A stretch of 64,000 bases of DNA, taken from the NCBI GenBank assembly GCA_944393265.1, contig CALXZO010000004.1:31409-95408 (forward strand), given 5' to 3'. Positions 1-10,774 of the stretch are shown piece by piece. The position numbers and the translations under genes were made by a program. Source of the stretch: an uncultured Clostridia bacterium. GTDB lineage: Bacteria; Bacillota; Clostridia; TANB77; UBA1234. Within the stretch, counting starts at the first letter, position 1. Each line of letters begins with the position of its first letter. The notes beneath the pieces are model-generated. The model had not been told where the DNA came from. It saw only the letters and a program-made list of their open reading frames with translations, and searched no databases.

Positions 1-111
1 TATTACTATCATTTTTTTCTTATTCATAATATCGCCTCCATGTACTTATTAGACAATTATATCCCAAAAAAGTTTCAGAATAATTTAAGTAACCACTCTA
101 TAAATCACTAT

Positions 112-483
112 TTATTCTTCTAACAAAGTGCCTTTTTTGAATCTTTCTGAATAATCAAGAATTGATTCTTTATCAAGCATAGGTTCAGAACTTACACCTT
201 GAAAAACAATCTTATTATCTCGATATGTGAACCAAAATAAAATTTCTGGCTCTTTTTCAAATTCTACTGATATTCTCCACTCGTTGTAACTAAGAAGTTT
301 ATTTAAATAAGAGTGCATTATTTTTATTTCACTAACATCTTGTGCAGTATAGCCTCTATATTCAAGTTCTGTATAAGTATAAGTCTTAATAAATTTTTGT
401 TGAATAAAAACATTCAAGCAAAGTATGACTATAAATGTTATAAAAATCGTTATAGAAGTTATAAATACCTTATTTCTTTTCAT
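112..483 (-). CDS. small membrane-anchored hypothetical protein (DUF3139-like)
   Basis: 123-aa ORF with N-terminal TM segment and an AGAGGAAG RBS; 'V.F..EP.I...Y' pattern resembles DUF3139. Confidence 0.6.
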   Translation of the reverse strand: MKRNKVFITSITIFITFIVILCLNVFIQQKFIKTYTYTELEYRGYTAQDVSEIKIMHSYLNKLLSYNEWRISVEFEKEPEILFWFTYRDNKIVFQGVSSEPMLDKESILDYSERFKKGTLLEE

Positions 484-505
484 CAGTAATCTTCCTCTCC
501 AATTA

Positions 506-712
506 CTATTTCTTTTTATTTATTTCGTTCCTAGTCTTATGAAATAATCCACCAAAAACAAGTGCAAACAACATAGGAATACAAGCATATCCTGCATTAG
601 GTTCTCCATTATTGCTTATAACATAAATCGCTCCTGCAAAAGTAAAAATCGTAAATATAACTAATAGTATAAAATAAGCCTTTGCTTTTCTAGTTAGTTT
701 TTCTTTCTTCAT
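506..712 (-). CDS. small two-TM membrane protein
   Basis: 68 aa, two hydrophobic segments, AAGGAGG RBS. Confidence 0.7.
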   Translation of the reverse strand: MKKEKLTRKAKAYFILLVIFTIFTFAGAIYVISNNGEPNAGYACIPMLFALVFGGLFHKTRNEINKKK

Positions 713-726
713 AATAATACCTCCTT

Positions 727-1110
727 TTATAGTCCTAAGATATAAAAGCCATTATACTTTTCTTCTGCTATTCTTAACCATTTAATTAATTCTTCATATT
801 CTTTTTCTATAACTGTATCTAACTTGTTTATTATTTCTTTGGTAGTTTCTTTATCATAATAATTTATTCCACAGTAATCAAAACCTTTTTCGCCATTAGG
901 AAAAATAGCACATTCAAATACATTTTCATATTTCTCATAGAAAACATCAAAATCCTCATCATATATTAGAAGTGAATCATCTTTCCAATGTTCAATTTCA
1001 TCACATATAACTTTTTTATCTTTTAAAGGATTTTCTATATTACAAAATTGGAATTCTAAATAACAACCACCTTTTCGCTCTTTTCCAGATATAAACATTG
1101 TATCTGCCAC
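727..1110 (-). CDS. hypothetical protein
   Basis: 127-aa acidic ORF ending GFYILGL; true start may be the ATG a few codons in. Confidence 0.65.
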   Translation of the reverse strand: MADTMFISGKERKGGCYLEFQFCNIENPLKDKKVICDEIEHWKDDSLLIYDEDFDVFYEKYENVFECAIFPNGEKGFDYCGINYYDKETTKEIINKLDTVIEKEYEELIKWLRIAEEKYNGFYILGL

Positions 1111-1112
1111 CT

Positions 1113-1508
1113 TTACACAATATATTCCTTTATCTTATCTAAAATTTTCTTTGCATATTCTTCATCTTCATCTATATAGATTTCTGTTCCATAATGAGCA
1201 CTCTCAAATGATTTATCAATATTTATCGTAAAAAATTGTGTCATTTTATTATATATGCTCTGGTCTTTTGGCATTTCCTCTTTAATTATTAGGTCAATAA
1301 ACTGATTTGTTATATATCCTGTTATTATTATTTCTTTTGTCGTCTGACTCTTTTCGACTCTTCCAAATTTTCTTAATAAATCTATACTTTCTGTTTCTTC
1401 ATCCCAGCATCTAATTTCAAAAGATTCTCCTTTACTCGCATAATGAAGAAATAACTCTTTCCACCATTTATTATTATCTATTCTACTTATTAGCTGAATA
1501 CTTTGCAT
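1113..1508 (-). CDS. hypothetical protein
   Basis: 131-aa ORF with AAAGGAG RBS and its own promoter upstream. Confidence 0.7.
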   Translation of the reverse strand: MQSIQLISRIDNNKWWKELFLHYASKGESFEIRCWDEETESIDLLRKFGRVEKSQTTKEIIITGYITNQFIDLIIKEEMPKDQSIYNKMTQFFTINIDKSFESAHYGTEIYIDEDEEYAKKILDKIKEYIV

Positions 1509-1646
1509 TAAATTTTCATCTCCTTTTTAGTACACATATATATTATCATAAAAACAGTTATCTTTCAATTTTATATAGTCTTATAAACTTGTTAATTATA
1601 AACAAAAAGATTAGCTCACTTTTCTCAAATGAACTAATCTTAACAT

Positions 1647-3455
1647 TTATATATTATTTATATTTTCCATAGTCAAATTAAGGTATGGAATATCTATTTT
1701 AGTCGTTTCGTCTTTTATATACAAACTTCTCCATTCGTTATACTCTTTTAAATCGTAGGTTTCATAATTATTATAATTGCCCTCTGGTAAAATATAATAA
1801 ACTATTCCATCGCCATCTTTATCAACTTCGCTTGGAAATTCTTCTGCCAAATAACTTTGTGTATTAAATGATTTATTCCAAGCATCAACCCCAGCAATCA
1901 CATCATACGAATCAGATTCTTTGTTGTATTTGTACATTGTATAAGGCCACAAAGAATCTCCTGCACTTCCTTGATTGTGCGACCATAAAACTTCTATAAC
2001 CCCATTACTATAAAAATTTATAGATGTAAACTCTGTAAGTTGTTCGCTAAATTTTCCTGTATTTTTATCATAATCATATATAATTGCTCTCATTGCAGCC
2101 ATTGGATGATGAGTAAACGACACAATCAATTCATCTTTGCCATCAAAATCGACATCATATATAGCAAAACTATTTTCATCCATATTATAGTCAGCTGTAT
2201 TTATAGCATCTTCAAATTTTGTACCATCTGGTAAGATATGATTTTCATATAAATCTTTTAATGCGTTCTTATATATTTCATTATCAATATTATTAATATT
2301 TGCTCTTGCATAACCTGTTCTTTCCACCAATTCTTGTCCTTCTTCAGATAAAATCCAATCAATAAGTATATCTACATTTTTGTTATCATTATCTTTATAA
2401 GTTACAGCATATAAAGAACCTGTTAAGCTATAACTGTCATTTGAAATATTTTCTTTTGTTGGTGCAACACCGTCCACTTTTAACATTTTTACATTTGGAT
2501 TTGCAATTAATGTATCTAAATAATATCTAAATGAAAAACCAATTGAATTACTATAATTTTTATAATCAGCTACTTGCTCAATTATACCAACCATTAATGT
2601 GTTGATTTCTTCAGTTCTTGCTTCCATTATTGGAACATCGCCCATAAATCTTTTTAATCTACTTTGACTTCCACTTCCTTCGTTTCTTTGGAACGCAAGA
2701 ATTTCTTCATCGTTTCCACCTAGCTCTTTCCAATTAGTTATTTTGCCCGAATAAATATCTCTTATTTGTTCTGATGTTAGTCCATCTATCGGATTATCTT
2801 TATTTACAAAAAATACAAAACCTTCTTTTCCTATTTCAACATATTCAAATTCCGTTCCTTGACTTTTTGCATATTGTATTTGTTCTTCAGATGGATATGC
2901 TCCAAAAAATATATCTGTTTTCTTTTCAGCTAAAGCCTTATAACCCTCTACTGTATTATTATATAAAAAAACATCTTCTCCATACTCTGTATTCTCTGGA
3001 TATACGGCATTTACAAAAGCTGAATATAATGGAAATACTGCAGCTGCACCATCCAATATTGGCAAATCGCTTTCTAACTTTAAACTAGCATCTTTATCCA
3101 ATTTAACAATCTTTGAATTTTCTTTAAATGGCATATATTCATGAACATTTATATTTACACTTGTATCTATTCTTAAACTTTCTTGATAATCATATACTAA
3201 TCGATTTATTCCACATGCACTAAATGAAATTATTGTGTATATCAACCATATTATAAATAATAACTTTCTTTTCTTTTTAAACCAAATTAAAATCACAAGT
3301 GCAGGAATAGTTAAACTTGCCATACCAAGTATTATAGGATTTATATCAAATTGAAATAATGCATAAATAAGTAGTGGCACATACAATGAAATATATCCTA
3401 TTCCTGCAGTTAATAATATTTTCAAAATTATATTACCTATTTTTCTCCAATTCAT
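1647..3455 (-). CDS. membrane protein with PstS-like (PBP type 2) substrate-binding domain and extra C-terminal domain
   Basis: Three N-terminal TM segments; motifs FVFFVNKDNP, IYSGKITNWKELGG, QRNEGSGSQ; AAGGAGG RBS before the ATG at 3455. Confidence 0.8.
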   Translation of the reverse strand: MNWRKIGNIILKILLTAGIGYISLYVPLLIYALFQFDINPIILGMASLTIPALVILIWFKKKRKLLFIIWLIYTIISFSACGINRLVYDYQESLRIDTSVNINVHEYMPFKENSKIVKLDKDASLKLESDLPILDGAAAVFPLYSAFVNAVYPENTEYGEDVFLYNNTVEGYKALAEKKTDIFFGAYPSEEQIQYAKSQGTEFEYVEIGKEGFVFFVNKDNPIDGLTSEQIRDIYSGKITNWKELGGNDEEILAFQRNEGSGSQSRLKRFMGDVPIMEARTEEINTLMVGIIEQVADYKNYSNSIGFSFRYYLDTLIANPNVKMLKVDGVAPTKENISNDSYSLTGSLYAVTYKDNDNKNVDILIDWILSEEGQELVERTGYARANINNIDNEIYKNALKDLYENHILPDGTKFEDAINTADYNMDENSFAIYDVDFDGKDELIVSFTHHPMAAMRAIIYDYDKNTGKFSEQLTEFTSINFYSNGVIEVLWSHNQGSAGDSLWPYTMYKYNKESDSYDVIAGVDAWNKSFNTQSYLAEEFPSEVDKDGDGIVYYILPEGNYNNYETYDLKEYNEWRSLYIKDETTKIDIPYLNLTMENINNI

Positions 3456-3468
3456 TCGATTACCTCCT

Positions 3469-4440
3469 TTACACATTCCTATCTACTGGCACATATCCTT
3501 CTTCATTTATTATCTCGCTTCCTCTTTTTGATAACACAGTATTTATCCATTTATCTACATTCTCATTTTCTTCATTTGCTCTTTTTACTATAAATCCGTT
3601 TGTGCATATTGGATATGTTCCATTACTTATTGTTTCTAGATTAGGCATAATACCATCTACTGAAATCATTTTTATTGTATCTCTTTTATACATTGTATTT
3701 ACATAGTAAAAATATGAATATCCAATAGCATTTCTAGAATTATCATATTCTGCAATTGCATCTATTAAAGCTCCCATTTCTTGCTCTATTTGTGTTATAG
3801 GTGGTGTCATTATTTCTTTATCTTTCATAACTAGTGAAAGCATTGCTGTTTGACTACCAGAACCAGTTGGTCTTTGATAAGCTATTATATCTCCACTCTC
3901 TCCACCAACTTCTGCCCAGTTTGTAATTTCTCCTGTATATATTTTTTGTATTTGTTCAAATGTTAGATTATTAACAGGATTTTCTGTGTTTACTATAAAT
4001 ACAAATCCACTACTTGTTGCAGGAATTATTTCTAATTCTACACCTTTTCCTTTTGCATATTCTGCATCTTCCTTTGAAATTTCTGCTGCAAATATTACAT
4101 CAACTTCTCCATCTATTAAATTTCTATAAACTTCACTTGTTCTCGTTTTTGTATATTCAAAATTCAAATCATTTTGTTCAATTCCTAAAAAATCAGAAGC
4201 AATACTATCTACTAATGGATGAATTGCAAGTGATGCATCTACTTTTGGATAATTTTCTAGTGTAAAGATAGGCTCATTTTTTGTTTTATCTCCAGAATCT
4301 TTCTCCATATCGCCAGAGGTTATATCGTTATTAGGATTATCTATCACATTATTTACAGACAAATTGTACCAATGAATACACCCCATAACTACTCCTATCA
4401 TTACAAGTATTGCTATAATCCATACTAACGCTTTTTTCAT
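3469..4440 (-). CDS. PstS-like phosphate-binding-family protein
   Basis: Signal/TM segment, IYTGEITNWAEVGG, QRPTGSGSQT; paralogous to the downstream gene. Confidence 0.8.
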   Translation of the reverse strand: MKKALVWIIAILVMIGVVMGCIHWYNLSVNNVIDNPNNDITSGDMEKDSGDKTKNEPIFTLENYPKVDASLAIHPLVDSIASDFLGIEQNDLNFEYTKTRTSEVYRNLIDGEVDVIFAAEISKEDAEYAKGKGVELEIIPATSSGFVFIVNTENPVNNLTFEQIQKIYTGEITNWAEVGGESGDIIAYQRPTGSGSQTAMLSLVMKDKEIMTPPITQIEQEMGALIDAIAEYDNSRNAIGYSYFYYVNTMYKRDTIKMISVDGIMPNLETISNGTYPICTNGFIVKRANEENENVDKWINTVLSKRGSEIINEEGYVPVDRNV

Positions 4441-6089
4441 ATATTTTCCTCCTTATCAAATACTTTTATCATTTCTTTTGGAAATTCATAAAATGTTATT
4501 TCTCTTTTAAATTCTTCTATTTCTGGTATTGTAACTTCGATATGATTACCAACTAAATCACATTTCATATTTTTAACTAGATTTGTTATTTCTTCATCAT
4601 TATACTCATATTCAAACTTTAGATAATCCTTAACATTCATTTCTATCACTTCCATATAGTCACTATCATCATAAAATATCTCTGAAAGTTTTGTTAATTG
4701 TATGCTATTTACATAGTCATAAACTCTTTCGTTCGTTTCTTCCTTGAAAGTTGCTCCATCTCCAGATTCTGGTATTAGCTGTGCACCACCAGCAAGTACA
4801 AAATATTCATATCTATATGCATCTATTAACTTATCCCTATATGTATTTTCATAAACTTCTATTGGCATCTCATATATCTTTTCATATATTCTCGTTATTG
4901 CCATATTTGAATATGAATAAATCCAACCTTCGTCTGTGTAATAGCTATCATTATATATGCCAACATTAGGAGATAAAAATAGCATATAAAATTTATCTGA
5001 ATTACTTTTTGCCTCTTCTCTATATTCCTCTATTTTTAAATAAGATTCACTTATAATGCTTTCTTCTAATTCTCTAATCTTTGCTAATTTATCACCACCT
5101 AATGTGTTATCTGGTAAATACATTCCACCAAAACTTACATCATACCAGAAATTATCTTCTAAATATCCGTAATCAATCAAATCAAAAATATCATACCTTG
5201 CATCTACTAATGTAAATATATTTTTTCTACCAATATTACTGTTTTCATATATATTTTCATCCGTTAAATATTTTGTATATATAGAAATACTATCTGCTAT
5301 ATCAATCATTTTAAAATTAGTACCAGAATTATTAAAATAAATATAAATCATTGTTGGAGAAAACATAAAATCTTTATCTTCATTGTCCATAAATCCTCTT
5401 ACGATTTTATACAATTCATTTTCATCATACGATGCAATGTAATCTCCTTCCATAGCATTTTCCCAATAATTATCACTAGATATTCTATCTGCAAATGATT
5501 TTCTAACTATTCCAATAATATCTGCATCTTTTACAAATAAATCTTCAAATTTTAATTTTTCTCCTGTAACAAGATTATAATTGAAATGTACTCTTTTAAA
5601 GTTATTTGACATATTTACTATATAATTTATAGAAATAACGTTTGAAAAATTAGCCATTACTTCGTAAGATGTTTGATAAGTCGGTTGTTCTATAATCTCA
5701 CTGTCAAAATTTTCTATATCAGTTTGTGTTCCATCATCTATTATTTCTATGTTATTCAAAAATTCAAAGCAGCTATCATATATCTCTTTATTTATTTTCT
5801 CTTGAATACTTTTATTTTTTAATCCATCTATTTGTGGTATTTTTATTTCATCTCCACTAAATGTTTCTATCAGATCTTTTATTATTAAATCATTTTGATT
5901 ATAAGTTCCGTATAAGTCAATACCAGTTTCTATTACATTTGTATTTTGTGATTCTTCATTATTTATTACATTTTGCGTGCTATTAGTTATCATTGCAAAT
6001 GTTGTTAATATAGCAACCATAGAAAAAATCAAAACAATTATAATTGCACTCTTAATATGTTTATTCAATATAACTCCCCCTCTAACCAA
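4437..6089 (-). CDS. secreted/membrane-anchored hypothetical protein (DUF4163/DUF3298-like N-terminal part)
   Basis: N-terminal TM, IPQIDGLKNKSIQEKIN and NYNLVTGEKLKFEDLF motifs; probable start TTG 6068. Confidence 0.65.
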   Translation of the reverse strand: MVRGGVILNKHIKSAIIIVLIFSMVAILTTFAMITNSTQNVINNEESQNTNVIETGIDLYGTYNQNDLIIKDLIETFSGDEIKIPQIDGLKNKSIQEKINKEIYDSCFEFLNNIEIIDDGTQTDIENFDSEIIEQPTYQTSYEVMANFSNVISINYIVNMSNNFKRVHFNYNLVTGEKLKFEDLFVKDADIIGIVRKSFADRISSDNYWENAMEGDYIASYDENELYKIVRGFMDNEDKDFMFSPTMIYIYFNNSGTNFKMIDIADSISIYTKYLTDENIYENSNIGRKNIFTLVDARYDIFDLIDYGYLEDNFWYDVSFGGMYLPDNTLGGDKLAKIRELEESIISESYLKIEEYREEAKSNSDKFYMLFLSPNVGIYNDSYYTDEGWIYSYSNMAITRIYEKIYEMPIEVYENTYRDKLIDAYRYEYFVLAGGAQLIPESGDGATFKEETNERVYDYVNSIQLTKLSEIFYDDSDYMEVIEMNVKDYLKFEYEYNDEEITNLVKNMKCDLVGNHIEVTIPEIEEFKREITFYEFPKEMIKVFDKEENI

Positions 6090-6203
6090 ACACCGTGTAT
6101 TTTACAATAAAATATTATCATAAAACTAACCTATTATCAATTTATAATAAAATAGGGATTAGTACCTCTTGAAGCTAATCCCTATAATTGTCATATATTC
6201 AAT

Positions 6204-7391
6204 TTAACCATCAATCCCATTTTCAAGAGCTATTTTGGTTATAACATCATTTTCAATATAAAAATATATTCTATTGAATCCTACATCTTGTGGCTCATAA
6301 ATATAATATATTTCATCAGAATTAGCTTTTACTAAATCTGACGGATATTTTTCTTGTAGTTTTTGCAAAGAATCTCCTACACTTATTTCTCTTGGTGTTT
6401 TATAATTGCTTGAAGTTGTTGATATTAGTATAATACCAGTCGTATCATCATCTCCAATTAATGCTTTAACAAAAATATCTTCGTAGGTATATTCTTTCCA
6501 ATGGAAACCATCTCCACGACCTTCATTTTCACTAATAGGTGTATCAATAATTGTTGACATATCAGCATTTAATTTAAACTTATTTCCGTCTTTTGATAGC
6601 AACAATAATTCTTCATCAGAATTTGTTTTTCTTACAACATATTGAACAACACCAATACCACTACCATCACTGCTTTCTGTATATAATAATACTATACTTT
6701 GTGTATCATTATTAAAGTGCCAATGTTCTCCCTATAGTCCTGATAAAACAATATCTGCATCTCCCCACAACTCGTGTACTGTATTTTGAGGTACTCCCAA
6801 AAGAGCATTCTCTAGTTCTTCATTTGTTCTATCAGCTAACAAATTTACATTTGGAATATTAGCTATACTTTTTTCATTACCATATAAAAATTTCTTTTCT
6901 TCAATTATCTTTATATTAAATTCTTTTTCCAATACATCTATTGATGTTTTGCCCTTTTGTAATGCCTCTTTAACATTCATTCTAACTTTATCACTATCTT
7001 CTACAATTATATTTTCACTTTTATAATATGGCAAATAATAATTGTGTTCTTCATCTTCATAAATTTTCTCTGGGTAGACAGTTTCGTCATTACTTTCATA
7101 ATATACATTTGTAATACTATATTCTTCTGGTTCGTATTTCATAAACCAATTTCCCATTTTTATTCCTCTATTATTCTTAAACGGTTCATTTGGACTTACA
7201 CTAGGATATCTTATAACTTTATATCCTAATCCCCAATATGTAACTTTATTACCATCTTCACTTACAATTTTAATACAACAAACTGGTTCTACACCTGTTC
7301 TTACTCTGCCACCATCGATATAATTAGTTATTCCAACTGCTATAAGCAAGATTAGTATTATAACTACTGGTATAATTATTTTCTTTTTCAT
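6204..7391 (-). pseudogene. secreted hypothetical protein interrupted by one in-frame TAG (6732-6734)
   Basis: ORFs 6732..7445 and 6204..6605 are in the same frame and the gap is open: SGL-TAG-GEHWHFNND...LLLSKDG. Confidence 0.6.
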
Positions 7392-7448
7392 AGAATCCCT
7401 CCTATTCCATATATGAATAATATCATAAAAGTAGCATTCTATCAATAT

Positions 7449-7892
7449 TTAACCATTTTCTTCATCATAATATCCAAATATTTTAGAGGTGCTTTCTATT
7501 CTTATAATATTGCCTATTGATATTCTACTTTTATCCTCTAAAATAATTTCTTGTGTATGTTCATCTATCTTCTTAACTACACCTGTTATTTCTTCATAAG
7601 TACCACCATCTTTTTTTCTATCTTTAACAAAATGTGTAAAAGTTATAATTGGTCTATTTTTTATTTCTTCGTGCAATATTTGTAGCTTTCCATCTAAAAT
7701 TATTTTCTGCGTTTCATCTAACTCTATCTTTGAATCTACATATCTTCCTGTTTCCTTTATAATATCATCATACCCAGTTAATGCTGCAAATGGTGCAAAT
7801 TGTACTGACCTTGCTTCCAAACTCATTCTTGGATGTTTTTTTGAAGTATGATGTGGTAAATTTATAATATCTTCATAATTATCCATTTGCAC
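7449..7892 (-). CDS. YolD-like protein (accessory subunit of Y-family polymerase)
   Basis: YEDIINLPHH...HPRMS..AR..QFAPFAALTGY signature; adjacent to the umuC-like gene. Confidence 0.85.
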   Translation of the reverse strand: MQMDNYEDIINLPHHTSKKHPRMSLEARSVQFAPFAALTGYDDIIKETGRYVDSKIELDETQKIILDGKLQILHEEIKNRPIITFTHFVKDRKKDGGTYEEITGVVKKIDEHTQEIILEDKSRISIGNIIRIESTSKIFGYYDEENG

Positions 7893-9391
7893 TATTCTTT
7901 ATGACCTCCTATCTGTTTATTACGTTCGATGGTTGTTCCACCTTCTTCTAAATTCATTCCTTTTATTATTGCATTTTTTCCATATTTGTCTTTAATCTGT
8001 AACATAGCTTTTTGTATTCTTTTTTCTGATTTTTCTTTTTCTCTACTTTTATCAATTTCACTCTGATTTACAAAGAAATTCATTTGTGTAAAATTCTCAT
8101 TTTTAACTTCTGTTTCTTTTATAAGTTTATTCGCTGTAATATTTATTCTTCTAACAAGTAAGTTCTTATTTATTATTTCTTCATATAATTCAGATACTGC
8201 CTCTGTTATAACTTTTGTTGAAGATGTATAGTGATCTATATTCTTTGTTCCGTGTGCGTGTTTAGGTATAGCTCTACCATATCTATCTTCAGTTATTTCT
8301 CCAGAGTACGAATTACGAATAAATGAATCTTTTAAGTTTTCTATATCATATCCTATCTCTAATACTATTTGATTTGTAACTAATCCTTTTCTGACTAAAT
8401 CAAGTGTTAATAGTTCTGTCATCTCTTTAACTATCAACTTCGTTTTTTCATACCCATAAGGACAATGTAAAACCTGTCCAGAACTAACACTATCAGATGT
8501 TGGCTTGTATGCTTTTACACTTTCTACTGTACAAGGTTCCCACCCCCAAGCATGGTCTATAAGAAGTTCAGCATTTACTCCAACCAATTTATATAACATA
8601 TCTTCATCATACACAGACTTTCTAGCAACATCGCCCATTGTGTACATTCCATATCTTTCTAGTTTTGTTGCAATACCTTTACCAACTCTCCAAAAATCAG
8701 TTAATGGTCTATGATTCCATAAAAGTTTTCTATATGTCATTTCATCTAATCCTGCTATTCTTACACCTTGTTTATTAGGCTGAACTTTTTTAGCAACTAT
8801 ATCCATTGCTACCTTACAAAGATACATATTAGTTCCAATGCCTGCAGTAGCAGTGATACCTGTTGTTTCATAAACATCTTGAATTATTTTAGTTACAAGT
8901 TCTCTCGCAGTTAGTTTATATGTCGCTAAATAATTTGTTACATCACAAAAAACTTCATCAATGGAATAACTAAATATATCTTCTGGAGCAAAATATTTTA
9001 GATAAACATCATAAATGTTTTTGCTATATTGCATATACAATCCCATTCTAGGTGGTGCTGCAATAAAATCTAACTCTAAACCAGAATTACTATCAAGTTC
9101 CGTTTTATTTATTGATTTACCTATAAATGTTCTTTTTGGTGCTTTGTATTTTCTTTCTGCATTTACTTCTCTTACCTTTTGTATAACCTCGAATAATCTT
9201 GCTCTACCTGCAATTCCATAAGATTTTAATGCAGGTGTTACTGCCAAACATATTGTCTTTTCGGTTCTACTACCATCTGCAACAACAAGATTTGTTGTTA
9301 GTGGATCTAAACCTCTTTCTCTGCATTCAACTGATGCATAAAAGCTCTTTAAATCTATTGCCACATAGATTTTCTGTTTATTATCCTGCAT
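7892..9391 (-). CDS. Y-family error-prone DNA polymerase (UmuC/ImpB-like)
   Basis: AIDLKSFYASVEC, YSIDEVF and ATAGIGTN motifs; C-terminal IGGH. Confidence 0.92.
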   Translation of the reverse strand: MQDNKQKIYVAIDLKSFYASVECRERGLDPLTTNLVVADGSRTEKTICLAVTPALKSYGIAGRARLFEVIQKVREVNAERKYKAPKRTFIGKSINKTELDSNSGLELDFIAAPPRMGLYMQYSKNIYDVYLKYFAPEDIFSYSIDEVFCDVTNYLATYKLTARELVTKIIQDVYETTGITATAGIGTNMYLCKVAMDIVAKKVQPNKQGVRIAGLDEMTYRKLLWNHRPLTDFWRVGKGIATKLERYGMYTMGDVARKSVYDEDMLYKLVGVNAELLIDHAWGWEPCTVESVKAYKPTSDSVSSGQVLHCPYGYEKTKLIVKEMTELLTLDLVRKGLVTNQIVLEIGYDIENLKDSFIRNSYSGEITEDRYGRAIPKHAHGTKNIDHYTSSTKVITEAVSELYEEIINKNLLVRRINITANKLIKETEVKNENFTQMNFFVNQSEIDKSREKEKSEKRIQKAMLQIKDKYGKNAIIKGMNLEEGGTTIERNKQIGGHKE

Positions 9392-9420
9392 TAAAATTCT
9401 CCTTTCATTTTTATTTTTTG

Positions 9421-9459
9421 ATTATATCATTAAAAATATTCAAAGTAAACACTAGTTCG
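9421..9459 (-). promoter_or_regulatory. sigma-A promoter overlapped by a LexA (Cheo)-type SOS box
   Basis: Minus strand TTTACT-N17-TATAAT with TG extension; GAAC-TAGT-GTTT at 9447-9458 is one mismatch from GAAC-N4-GTTC. Confidence 0.6.
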
Positions 9460-9527
9460 TGTTGTAATCTCTAAAAAAGAGCAAATTTTCATTGCTCTTT
9501 CAAATTTTATTATAATCAACCTAAATT

Positions 9528-10478
9528 TTAATTATTGTTTATCTTAGTTGGGTAACAACAAAAGCAGTTAAATTTCGCTTGTCCATATTTAGCATAATCA
9601 TAAAAATAAGGGCAATGCATACATTTTTTAAAGATTTCTATACCAAATTCGCTATTTTTAGGACATACATAAGCATCTCTGGTAAGACCTTTTTCTCCAC
9701 TTTTCTTAATATAATATTTTATTTTTTCTCTCTTTAATTTATCCATAATCATTTGTGATTCTGAATAAAAAAATTGTTTAAGATTCATATTTATTTCCAT
9801 ATAAAATGGTCTTGAAACAATAATTTTTTTATAATCTGGAATGCCTGTTTCAATTGTTCTTCCTAAATCATCTTCGTATATTTCCTGTGTAGACCAATCA
9901 ATTCTATAAATATTTTCGTAATCAACATCATCAATATCATCCCAAGTAATGCATATTAAAATGTCATTTTTTCTGTTTGGTGGATTTGTTTGACTTAAAA
10001 TTCTTAAGGGATACTTCCATCGCATCATATTTTCTTTGCTTGAATAATCATCCCAATATAGTTGTTCTTCTTCCATTTGTTTCGACAAATCAAATACCCA
10101 AACAACCTTATATCCTGCTGATATGTAAAATTCATTTCTATCTTTAAATTCTTCTGCCGAAATAGGACTATGTTGAAATTCAATAACAATTCCATCTTTT
10201 AATATATCAGCTCTATGCTTTATTCCATTCTTTTCTATTACAACTTCTTGATATATCTCATCGAAGTATGATTGCTTATTTATATGCCATTCTGACATAT
10301 CATAGTGCCACTTATCCTTGCATTCATTATTTTTATGTGCAAAATGTGTTCTATTAACATCTCCTTTTTTTAATATCATTTCCATATTACAAATTGGACA
10401 ATAATACTTTTCATCCTTAGTTGCCTTTTCAGAAAAAATTCTCTCTCCATTTCTATTCAAAGCTACTAACATAAACAT
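9528..10478 (-). CDS. CoiA-like nuclease-domain protein
   Basis: YYCPIC...HFAH zinc finger, MSEWH, HRADI...VIEFQHS PD-(D/E)xK-type motif. Confidence 0.8.
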   Translation of the reverse strand: MFMLVALNRNGERIFSEKATKDEKYYCPICNMEMILKKGDVNRTHFAHKNNECKDKWHYDMSEWHINKQSYFDEIYQEVVIEKNGIKHRADILKDGIVIEFQHSPISAEEFKDRNEFYISAGYKVVWVFDLSKQMEEEQLYWDDYSSKENMMRWKYPLRILSQTNPPNRKNDILICITWDDIDDVDYENIYRIDWSTQEIYEDDLGRTIETGIPDYKKIIVSRPFYMEINMNLKQFFYSESQMIMDKLKREKIKYYIKKSGEKGLTRDAYVCPKNSEFGIEIFKKCMHCPYFYDYAKYGQAKFNCFCCYPTKINNN

Positions 10479-10495
10479 TCTCCTATATCTTTTTT

Positions 10496-10669
10496 CTACA
10501 CAAAAAACTTCGTTGGATTACCAACTTCAATTCTTTTATACGTTCTTTCTCTTAACTCTTGTGGCAATTCCTCAATTTTTTGTATTCCTGCTGATAGTTC
10601 GTTACCATTCTCATCATAGACAATAACATCTAAACTTCTTAATAAACCAATTTTTCCATATCCAGACAT
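10496..10669 (-). CDS. small hypothetical protein (57 aa, below the ORF-track cutoff)
   Basis: MSGYGKIGLLRSLDVIVYDENG...KFFV*, GAGGTG RBS. Confidence 0.55.
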   Translation of the reverse strand: MSGYGKIGLLRSLDVIVYDENGNELSAGIQKIEELPQELRERTYKRIEVGNPTKFFV

Positions 10670-10774
10670 TTAACAACACCTCTTTAATTACGTATTATAT
10701 CATATAATTCGTAATACTTCTAAAACAAAAAATTTCCTATAATAGTTATTATCATACCTATCATAAGAAATCTC

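Noticed and set aside
6732-6734. TAG stop-codon reassignment
   Set aside because: Single case; TAG terminates sigK and other genes at expected positions.
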